A stretch of 14,417 bases of DNA from Promethearchaeota archaeon (GTDB lineage: Archaea; Asgardarchaeota; Lokiarchaeia; Sigyniarchaeales; SOKP01). The notes below the pieces were generated by a model, which had not been told where the DNA came from, searched no databases, and saw only the letters and a program-made list of their open reading frames with translations. Of this stretch, positions 1 to 7,136 are shown piece by piece. How positions within the stretch are numbered: position 1 is the stretch's first letter; each line of letters begins with the position of its first letter. The position numbers were made by a program, and so were the translations under genes. The stretch spans positions 1-14,417 of the forward strand of contig RDOE01000085.1 in the NCBI GenBank assembly GCA_011364975.1, read 5' to 3'.

Positions 1-298
1 TATAATATAGCTCCACTATAACAATACCTAAAACAATCCCAATAATTCCGAGAACCAATCCGGCAATCACCATTTGATTAGAATCATCTTTCCTAATACC
101 TAATATTCCTAAACACACTGCTAGGAAATGGATAATTCAACCAATTAATGAAATAATCCTTAATAAGTAGTTTATTAGCATGGAACCCCCAAAATAACTC
201 AAAGATCCAAAAGTAGCCATAATTATGCAGGTCAGTATGCAGATTGACCCTAATACTAACACTTTCTTACCAAATCCATTACTCGCCTTTTTTGCCAA
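1..298 (-). pseudogene. Small membrane protein (DUF4190-like C-terminus) interrupted by an in-frame TGA at 137-139; runs off the window edge
   Basis: The frame of ORF 137..385 stays open past the TGA: ..LLRIISLIG*IIHFLAVCLGILGIRKDDSNQMVIAGLVLGIIGIVLGIVIVELYY. The LGILGIRK..M.IAGLVLGIIG pattern resembles DUF4190-type membrane hairpins. Likely start is TTG at 298 (MAKKASNGFGK..). Confidence 0.6.
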
Positions 299-403
299 CC
301 TGCGCCTATTATTATTTTCAATTGAAAGTGGGATTCGTTGGTAAATATTCCTTATATATTCTATAAAAGAGAGCAAAAAGTGCACTCGAAGATTAGGAAT
401 GTA

Positions 404-494
404 AAAAAAAATCTACAAATAAAAAAAAAAATTGAAATTTAAAATTTAAAATCTATAAAAAAAAAATAGAAAATAGAAAATAAAAAGAAAAAAA
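404..494. repeat. Low-complexity A-rich tract (U-rich on the - strand; possible terminator region)
   Basis: Several long A runs plus short aaaatag and aaattt units. Confidence 0.4.
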
Positions 495-653
495 GCAATA
501 CCCATAAATTTATTTGAAATGACATGATAATCATTTAAATGATCTCAATAAAGGTATAAAATTTTAATTATTGCGAAATCATGAATTAGAAGAAATATTG
601 TTTTTAAGCGCTCATCCTCTAAACTTCATAATTAGGTTTAAAACAAAAAATAG

Positions 654-724
654 AAATCCAAATAGCACCTGAGCAAGTGAATGCCCAGGTGCGGGATTTT
701 GGATTTGGAAAAAAGACTTGTTGT
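654..724 (-). promoter_or_regulatory. Conserved hairpin/palindromic element, copy 1 (3' of the small-ORF unit; terminator-like RNA structure or operator)
   Basis: GCACCTGAGCA(665-675)-AGTGAA-TGCCCAGGTGC(682-692). The single mismatch is a G-U pair on the - strand. Outer stem AAATCCAAA(654-662)/TTTGGATTT(698-706), followed on the - strand by a U-rich tract. A second copy lies at 9012-9066. Confidence 0.65.
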
Positions 725-765
725 CTTTAACATGATTTGTTGGTAAATTAATGATTGTAATCTCC

Positions 766-834
766 TTAAAAGTTAAAGTAAGAAGTATTAAATCCCTCAT
801 AGGTTATTATATACTTTTTCACACTTTTTTTCAT
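766..834 (-). CDS. 22-aa small ORF MKKSVKKYIITYEGFNTSYFNF
   Basis: ATG at 834 preceded by AAGGTGAAAATT (AGGTGA Shine-Dalgarno). Starts 17 nt after the stop of the upstream 852..1112 gene. TAA at 766-768. Confidence 0.5.
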   Translation of the reverse strand: MKKSVKKYIITYEGFNTSYFNF

Positions 835-851
835 AATTTTCACCTTTTATT

Positions 852-1112
852 CTAAATCATAAATTTTCTAATTGATAATGCTTGCCTATCAAGGTTAGCT
901 TTATAATTATTCATTTCTGAAATTTCTTCTAAATATGTTGCATTCATTTTTGCTCTATTATATAACCCTATTGAGCCCCTTCCTTCTACTTTCTCCCCTT
1001 TTACAATAACCTTTTCCGCTTTTTTAAAATCATCCAGGATTATACCTTCCAAATCAATGTTTATATCCGCACATGCCTTACAAAATGGTTGTTTTTCTAT
1101 TATTTGAGACAT
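852..1112 (-). CDS. Small hypothetical protein (86 aa from ATG 1112; 90 aa from GTG 1124) with N-terminal CxxC; divergent from the wHTH-TPR regulator
   Basis: Protein-like composition with a CKAC motif. The C-terminal 20 aa resemble the 17-aa ORF at 9093-9146. Confidence 0.75.
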   Translation of the reverse strand: MSQIIEKQPFCKACADINIDLEGIILDDFKKAEKVIVKGEKVEGRGSIGLYNRAKMNATYLEEISEMNNYKANLDRQALSIRKFMI

Positions 1113-1182
1113 TTTTTTTTTCACTTCACTTTTTATTTTCTAAGAATAATATATCTTAAACTTTATTTTTAGTTTCATTATA

Positions 1183-1262
1183 AAAACTTCAAATAAAGTT
1201 ATGAACAAGTTTTGAATAAGAAACCTTATATTGAAGTTTTGACATAGTTATATTATAAATAC
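1183..1262. promoter_or_regulatory. Divergent promoter region with inverted/direct repeats and a BRE/TATA-like box
   Basis: Inverted repeat AAAACTTCAA(1183-1192)/TTGAAGTTTT(1231-1240). AAGTTWTGA at 1196, 1207 and 1234. AAACCTTATATT at 1221-1232. TTGACATA at 1239-1246 also occurs upstream of the paralog (9187-9194). Confidence 0.45.
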
Positions 1263-1286
1263 CAATAATTTTCCTAAAGGATAGAT

Positions 1287-2498
1287 ATGGAAGTAACTTC
1301 AATAAAAGTACCCCCAGAGAATATCTTAAATACTGAAATAAAAAACTTTGAACATATAATTCTTTGGATGTTAAAAAATAATGACGGGTGCCAATGGTCG
1401 GATTTTGTGAGTGATCCTGTTAACATAAGCGGGTCCACATTATCCGGTTATTTAAATAGCTTAATGGAGCTTCATTATATTGAAAAACTTTCCCTTATGA
1501 TCAACAATAGAAAACGAAAGATTTACAGAATTTTACCTGAAGGGGAAAGAAGATTTATTGAATTATCAACTTTTCAAAGTGAGGAAGTAAAACTAAATTA
1601 TCCTCCACAAATAATTCTTAATAGAAGAAATTATGATCATTGGATTTTATGGATGGTTTATAACAACACCACATGTAAATGGGCTGATTTCTTAGATGAT
1701 CCATTAAATATAAATCAATCCTCTTTATCCAAAAATCTTAACAAATTGATGAGTTTGAATCAGGTAATTAAAAATGAAAGAGAGAAGGATTATTCAATAA
1801 CTCAGACTGGAAAGATAGAATATTCAAGAATGTTAAGAAAATATGATTTAGATAGACAATCCATTTTAGAGGAAGAAAGTAAGAGGATAGAAGAGATTGT
1901 AGGTAAAATTAAAGATTTTTTTGCTGGCAAACAAATACAAGATGATATAAAATTTAGATTTCTTAGTAATGTATTGAAACTTGACTATTCCAAAGTTAAA
2001 GATATCCTTCCCAATGAGACTGATTTTTTTAAAATTATATTATATCTTTCTATTAATCATCCTATTGAATATCCCAATTACACTCCCTTAAAAAAGCTAG
2101 CAAGAGATTATCAAATAGAAGAACGAATTTTGAATTATTATATTCCTGAGATTGTAGAAAATGACCTTTACCCAATTAAATTCTTTAAATTAAATGTTGA
2201 AGGCTCAAAAGACTATTATTTTCGTTCAGATGATGAATTTGAAAAAAGTTTAAGGACTTTAGTCGATGGTTGTATCACTAAACTTACATATTTAAATAAA
2301 TTGTATAAAGCTACATCTAAAGAAATTCCTGAAAGCAGGTTTTTTGATAAAATTATTGAAAATATCATAAATAGAGCCTCAGGAAAGTTAATTCCTGAAG
2401 AATTAAAGGAGTCCATGAAAAAATTCCTCCCTAAATATATCCATCATTTATTATATAAATTTGATACTGGAAATAAAGAAATCTGTGGACAAATTTGA
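1287..2498 (+). CDS. N-terminal fragment: two tandem MarR-like winged-helix repeats plus helical domain (403 aa)
   Basis: Repeats PP..ILN..N[FY][ED]H.ILWM..NN..C.W.DF...P.NI..S.LS..LN.L......K.....Y.I...G at ~1311 and ~1602. Confidence 0.7.
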   Translation: MEVTSIKVPPENILNTEIKNFEHIILWMLKNNDGCQWSDFVSDPVNISGSTLSGYLNSLMELHYIEKLSLMINNRKRKIYRILPEGERRFIELSTFQSEEVKLNYPPQIILNRRNYDHWILWMVYNNTTCKWADFLDDPLNINQSSLSKNLNKLMSLNQVIKNEREKDYSITQTGKIEYSRMLRKYDLDRQSILEEESKRIEEIVGKIKDFFAGKQIQDDIKFRFLSNVLKLDYSKVKDILPNETDFFKIILYLSINHPIEYPNYTPLKKLARDYQIEERILNYYIPEIVENDLYPIKFFKLNVEGSKDYYFRSDDEFEKSLRTLVDGCITKLTYLNKLYKATSKEIPESRFFDKIIENIINRASGKLIPEELKESMKKFLPKYIHHLLYKFDTGNKEICGQI

Positions 2499-3405
2499 TG
2501 CATTAGCGTATGATACCATGTCTCATATATTTCAAGCGTTAAAACCAGTAAGTGCCTTTGAGCAAACTGGAGAGGAAGGTGATAATTATTTTGTAGATTC
2601 GATGATTTTTAAATTTTTAAAACCAATAAAGAATTGTAAATTGGATTTAATAAAACAAAAATTATTTGAAAGCAAACCTAAAGGAGAATTGATGGATCTT
2701 GTAGATTCTGCATTGAAAATAAGTCCAAATGATAGAGAATTAAAGTTATTACGAGCAATCGTTTTATGTATTTTACGTAGATACAATGAAGCTATTAAGT
2801 ATTTGAATAAAGAGACTAACTTTGAAGAGATTGTAAACAATAAAGAAGATTTTATTACAACTTCATTCATAATAGCTTATGCAAATATCGGGATTGGGAG
2901 ATATTCAAGAGCAGGAGAAGTTCGAGGTGATGTATTAAAACGATTTCCAAAAGATATGATTGCTGGTTTGTTAAATGCATTCATTTATGCTTATAATATG
3001 ATTTATGTCTTCGATCCTGATACCTCGACTGAAGAGGAATTTCATTATACAATGAATAAGTTAATCGAGAGAGAGCAGGATGAAGAAAATAAAGCTGAAA
3101 TGTACATTTTTTATGGCTATATTTTACATCTAACTGAACATAATAAGGAAGCTCTCGAAAAGGTAAATAATGCCTTAGAACTTAACCCAATTAGTGATTA
3201 TTTCTTCCATAAGGTTCATTATTTATATGATCTAGGCTACATTAATGAAGCAATAGATGTTCTGGAAAAAATTGGAAAAGATTTTCCTGAAAAAGAGGAT
3301 ATGATTAAATTTAAGATTGCATCACTTTATTATAAGTTAAATAAAACTTTAGAATCAAAAGTCTCAATCTTAAGGATGAAACTATTAAGAACGCAGAATA
3401 TTTAA
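2461..3405 (+). CDS. Middle fragment: TPR-repeat region (314 aa)
   Basis: TPR-like helices, e.g. YGYILHLTEHNKEALEKVNNALELNP and KVHYLYDLGYINEAIDVLEKIGKDFP. Confidence 0.6.
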   Translation: MILEIKKSVDKFDALAYDTMSHIFQALKPVSAFEQTGEEGDNYFVDSMIFKFLKPIKNCKLDLIKQKLFESKPKGELMDLVDSALKISPNDRELKLLRAIVLCILRRYNEAIKYLNKETNFEEIVNNKEDFITTSFIIAYANIGIGRYSRAGEVRGDVLKRFPKDMIAGLLNAFIYAYNMIYVFDPDTSTEEEFHYTMNKLIEREQDEENKAEMYIFYGYILHLTEHNKEALEKVNNALELNPISDYFFHKVHYLYDLGYINEAIDVLEKIGKDFPEKEDMIKFKIASLYYKLNKTLESKVSILRMKLLRTQNI

Positions 3406-3458
3406 TAGAAAATGGTCCCGATAATGGAAATTATTTTGATTCTTACGGAGAGGTATTA

Positions 3459-3713
3459 ATGATGTTTGGTAATTATGAGGATGCTATCACTAAGTTTAAA
3501 AAAGCTTTAGAACTCGAACCAGATGGATGGTTTGTTTATGAAACATATATTAAAATGGGAAGATGCCAGATGAAATTAGGTTTTCCTAAAGAAGCTATTA
3601 ATAATTTCAAGAAGGGAAAATCATATATCCAGAGAAATCTTCCATGCTGTAAAAAGCATTTCACATGGGTTGAGAAAGCAGATAGATATCTTGAAAAACT
3701 AAATGCTATTTAA
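3459..3713 (+). CDS. C-terminal fragment: last two TPR repeats (frame open from 3345)
   Basis: GEVLMMFGNYEDAITKFKKALELEP..YIKMGRCQMKLGFPKEAINNFKKG matches the paralog's C-terminus. Confidence 0.55.
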   Translation: MMFGNYEDAITKFKKALELEPDGWFVYETYIKMGRCQMKLGFPKEAINNFKKGKSYIQRNLPCCKKHFTWVEKADRYLEKLNAI

Positions 3714-3769
3714 GCATATATTACAAAAAACAATATTTTATTATACACTTTTTAATTGAATAGGATAAT

Positions 3770-4603
3770 ATGTCGGCAATAAAGTTTGATTTAGAGATAA
3801 TAACTTCCCATACTGTAGCAAATACTACAGGATTGGGACGAGGGAATGTGGGAGCAATAAGTTTAAGAAATTATGTCATTGCTATTGATTCCACTATCTA
3901 TGCTAAGACAGCTCAAATTTTCCGAACAAATCTCGAAGAACACTTTAACCTACCAGTAAAATTCATAATTCTTACGCATTACCATGCAGATCATATATTT
4001 GGAATTGGTCCATTTAAGGATATAGTTAGTTTTTGCAGTGAGCAAATGCTTGAAAATATGCAATCTAGCTCGATTAAGCAAACTTATGAACAAAGAGTGA
4101 AGGATCTTTTAAAGGAAGATCCTTTAGCTGAGGGGATAGTGTTTGAACTTCCAAATATAGCTTTTAACAATAAGTTAATAATAAGGGATGAGGATCTTTA
4201 CATAGAAGCAATTCACTTAGGAGGACACACATCAGGTTCTAGTATTGTACATTTTCCACATGAGAAAGTATTATTTGCCGGTGATTTAATTTTTGCTAAT
4301 ATGTTTCCTTATGCGGGGGATGCTACATGCGATCCTGAGCTTTATATTAAAGCAATTGAGATTATGAAGGAAATGAAACCAGAAATCGTGATTCCCGGTC
4401 ATGGAAAGATATTGAAAGGATATAAGACTCTAGATGAATATATCAACTTCTTTAAGAAAGTTCGAATGATAATTAAAGATGCTATTAATAATGAGATACC
4501 CCCTGAAAAAATCGAATTACCAACCCAATATGAAATTTTCAATGAAGAATTAAAAAGGTTGACAGTTAATCATTGGTACAATTTCTATAAAAAAGGTTTA
4601 TAA
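3770..4603 (+). CDS. Metallo-beta-lactamase-fold hydrolase (cyclase/glyoxalase II-like)
   Basis: THYHADH (HxHxDH), GGHTSG, LFAGDL and IPGHG motifs. Confidence 0.92.
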   Translation: MSAIKFDLEIITSHTVANTTGLGRGNVGAISLRNYVIAIDSTIYAKTAQIFRTNLEEHFNLPVKFIILTHYHADHIFGIGPFKDIVSFCSEQMLENMQSSSIKQTYEQRVKDLLKEDPLAEGIVFELPNIAFNNKLIIRDEDLYIEAIHLGGHTSGSSIVHFPHEKVLFAGDLIFANMFPYAGDATCDPELYIKAIEIMKEMKPEIVIPGHGKILKGYKTLDEYINFFKKVRMIIKDAINNEIPPEKIELPTQYEIFNEELKRLTVNHWYNFYKKGL

Positions 4604-4619
4604 AAAATATTTAAGGCGT

Positions 4620-5585
4620 TTACGAACTATTACTATTTTTGTTTTGATTATATTCTTTGACGAGTTCTATGATCTGAGCCTTCCGATACGACGAAGGAAC
4701 CTTTATTTCATTTTTTTTACAGTATTCTTTTAATTGTTTTACTGTCCATTGGTTAAAATCTATTTCTTCTTTAGACCCTTCTTTAACCATGCTTACAGGT
4801 TCCAAAATTTCAATTCCTTCAAATTTACCAGAATCATTATTAAAATATAACCTTAAGCTAAGATTATCAATTTGAATAACTTCTTTAGGTGCGGAATAAA
4901 CAGCTTCCCATTCGACTTCTTCAACTTGTTTGCCGAAGATATTAATTTTTTTTGTTACCGGATTAAAGATTTTAAAATTCCCAAGAATTAGATTTTGTCT
5001 TTTAAATTGTTCAGGAACTTTAGTAGAAATAATTTTTTTAACAATTTCGCTATAATTATCTATGGAATTAACCTTCATATCCGAGGAGATACTATTTTCT
5101 AGTTGTTCTTCCTTTAAATATTCTCTCTCCGCTCTAATTTCCTTTAGCTGGGGGGGCGGACCATTCCATTTATGAATTACCTTATGATCATCCCTAGGAG
5201 GGCTCTGTATTGAAGTAAATACATCCTCTGCCTCATTAATCTTGAAGGATTTAAAACCAAATGCGTTAAGGAAATCATCAGTTTCATCACCTTGATCTAC
5301 TGATACAATTTTACAATGATGAAAATGGGCAGTATTTAATAATTCATTTTGCAGATCTGATGCTACTCGTGAAGCAATAAACTTTTTTCGTACAGAAGAT
5401 AACGCTCCATTCCATATATAAATTCTCCTAAGATCTTCTTTAACTATTACATAAACTTGCGATGAATTTAAGATATTTTCGCCATTATTCAATCGAAATT
5501 GATCTTCAGTTACATCTAGTTTGATTCGCTCCCCCGTATCCTCTAAAATAAAAACCATAAAATGGTCATATGCTACTGCCATCAT
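4620..5585 (-). CDS. Asgard-type single-gelsolin-domain protein with a central extra domain (1DGelX-like) and a C-terminal Rho_N/HeH(SAP)-like motif
   Basis: LNSSQVYVIV..LRRIYIWNGALSSVRKKFIASRVA....KIVSVDQGDETDDFLNAFG fits the gelsolin repeat signature. The C-terminal DFNQWTVKQLKEYCKKNEIKVPSSYRKAQIIELV fits a helix-extension-helix pattern. Confidence 0.8.
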   Translation of the reverse strand: MMAVAYDHFMVFILEDTGERIKLDVTEDQFRLNNGENILNSSQVYVIVKEDLRRIYIWNGALSSVRKKFIASRVASDLQNELLNTAHFHHCKIVSVDQGDETDDFLNAFGFKSFKINEAEDVFTSIQSPPRDDHKVIHKWNGPPPQLKEIRAEREYLKEEQLENSISSDMKVNSIDNYSEIVKKIISTKVPEQFKRQNLILGNFKIFNPVTKKINIFGKQVEEVEWEAVYSAPKEVIQIDNLSLRLYFNNDSGKFEGIEILEPVSMVKEGSKEEIDFNQWTVKQLKEYCKKNEIKVPSSYRKAQIIELVKEYNQNKNSNSS

Positions 5586-5867
5586 TAAGTATCTATCTTA
5601 TCTTTTAATTTAAAAATAAGATAACGGTAATGAATTATGATTTAATTAACCTAATAATCAATTATAAGCATATAAAATTATTCAAAGATGTCTCTTTTAA
5701 TGTAAAAGGAGTTTGTTATATCCAATACATTTTATCTTCTTATAATTTTGTTAATATTTTGTATTAATCCTTAATAAAAGTATTATTTAATAGTAATCTT
5801 CAATTCTAATTTTTTAAATTAGGAAATTTTATCATCTCTAAATATGCAATAGATCCCAAAATATAAC

Positions 5868-7103
5868 GTGAAGTTAATGTCAGAAGTAACTCAGAGGAAA
5901 TTTTTCAAGTATCGAATGCTAGCACCTTTATGGATTGCTGTTTTTATAGATATATTAGGATTCTCTTTGCTTTTTCCTATGGCTGGTTTTTTTAGAGAAG
6001 TATTTAATACAAGCAATTTTGTAATTGGCTTAGTCTTCTCCGTTAATGCTATGTTTGGTTTTGTTTTTGGACCGTTTTTAGGAAAATTAAGTGATAAGTA
6101 TGGGAGAAAACCCTTACTTTTAATATCTCAATTTGGAACCTTATTGGCATTTATATTAACTGCTTTTTCTGACTCATTAATGATGCTTTTTATAGCAAGA
6201 ATGATTGATGGGGTCTTTGGAGGAAATTTCCCCATTGCAAAAGCAATTGTAAGCGATATAGTCCCTCCAAAAGATCGTGGAATTCAAATGGCAAATATAG
6301 GAGTTTCCCATGTGTTGGCAAATCTAATAGGACCTGGGATTGGAGGTATCTTGTTTACATGGTTTGGTATTATCGGCCCGGGATTATTTGCAGCGGCCTT
6401 AACTGTTATTACAATAACTCTTACGTTAACTATGCTACAGGAATCATGGCCAAAAGAAGAAAGATTGCATCATCAAGAATTTGAGATTGAAATCGACGTA
6501 AAGATAAGTAAAAACAAGAATGCTATTTTCTTTTTAATATTATTCGGATTTCATTCAGTCTCATTTATGATAATTATGTCTTCTATCTCATTTTTCGGGG
6601 CTAGTGTTCTTGGGCTACGCCCACTTGAAATATCTCTCCTTTTAACAACTTCAGGAGTATTTCGTGCGATAATTAGATTTACCCTATTCAAGCCCACGAT
6701 TAAAAAGTTTGGAGAAGATAACGCAATCAGATTAGGATTAACTATATTTCTTATCTCATTTTTCCTTGTAAGTTTTGCCACAAACCTACCTCTTCTATTT
6801 ATATTATTTATGACAATCAGTTTTGCAGCCTCATTAACAAGAGGTCCTATGAATAGTAAAATTAGCCAAACAGTTTCGCCTAAAGTTCAAGGAAAAATTA
6901 ATGGTTTATCATCCTCTCTGGACGCGATGGCGCAAATTTTAGGCCCATTAATTGGACCCTTAATTATTGATACTCTTCCTGCATTTTGGTTAGGGATCAT
7001 TATAGGGTTAATTGCATTACCTCCATTTATAATGGCTTTCCAGAATATTGCTGCAAAGAAATACATTCCAAATGAGTTTAAGTTAAACCATAATCAAAAA
7101 TAA
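5868..7103 (+). CDS. MFS transporter, DHA1/TetA-like (possible ATG start at 5877)
   Basis: Motif A GKLSDKYGRKP, FIDILGF in TM1, ARMIDGVFGG, motif C GPGIGG; about 12 hydrophobic segments. Confidence 0.92.
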   Translation: MKLMSEVTQRKFFKYRMLAPLWIAVFIDILGFSLLFPMAGFFREVFNTSNFVIGLVFSVNAMFGFVFGPFLGKLSDKYGRKPLLLISQFGTLLAFILTAFSDSLMMLFIARMIDGVFGGNFPIAKAIVSDIVPPKDRGIQMANIGVSHVLANLIGPGIGGILFTWFGIIGPGLFAAALTVITITLTLTMLQESWPKEERLHHQEFEIEIDVKISKNKNAIFFLILFGFHSVSFMIIMSSISFFGASVLGLRPLEISLLLTTSGVFRAIIRFTLFKPTIKKFGEDNAIRLGLTIFLISFFLVSFATNLPLLFILFMTISFAASLTRGPMNSKISQTVSPKVQGKINGLSSSLDAMAQILGPLIGPLIIDTLPAFWLGIIIGLIALPPFIMAFQNIAAKKYIPNEFKLNHNQK

Positions 7104-7136
7104 AAAAAAATAGAGTTTTAAATTATATTTTATTAT

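Larger units (their letters stand above)
1287..3713 (+). pseudogene. Tandem winged-helix + TPR putative transcription regulator, split into three frames (1287-2498, 2461-3405, ~3345-3713)
   Basis: All three pieces align colinearly with the intact 988-aa paralog: RNYDHWILWM.YNN; LP.YI..L.YK to VDK; KDETIKNAEYLIENGPDNGNYFDSYGEVLM vs KDEAIETAKELIKLTPENAISFDTYGEILM. Frame changes at ~2460-2484 and ~3345-3360. Confidence 0.8.

Noticed and set aside
530-543. Perfect 14-bp palindrome ATCATTTAAATGAT
   Set aside because: Almost all A/T in a very AT-rich intergenic region, with no second copy noticed; likely chance, though an operator cannot be excluded.
638-733. 31-aa - strand ORF MLKTTSLFSKSKIPHLGIHLLRCYLDFYFLF across the hairpin
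   Set aside because: The nearest AGGAG is about 30 nt upstream, and there is no equivalent peptide at the second hairpin copy.
612-800. 62-aa ORF on the - strand
   Set aside because: No clear SD, it overlaps the better-supported 22-aa ORF in another frame, and it runs through the conserved hairpin, whose second copy preserves no such reading frame.
1239-1246. TTGACA as a bacterial sigma70 -35 box
   Set aside because: No well-spaced -10 hexamer, and the context looks archaeal (BRE/TATA-like box just upstream).
2216-2870. Antisense ORFs 2216..2416 and 2586..2870
   Set aside because: Shadow ORFs opposite the wHTH-TPR gene, with no recognisable motifs.
2455-3405. Programmed ribosomal frameshifting in regulator 1
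   Set aside because: No canonical slippery site or stimulatory structure is evident, and the second break involves loss of about 25 codons.
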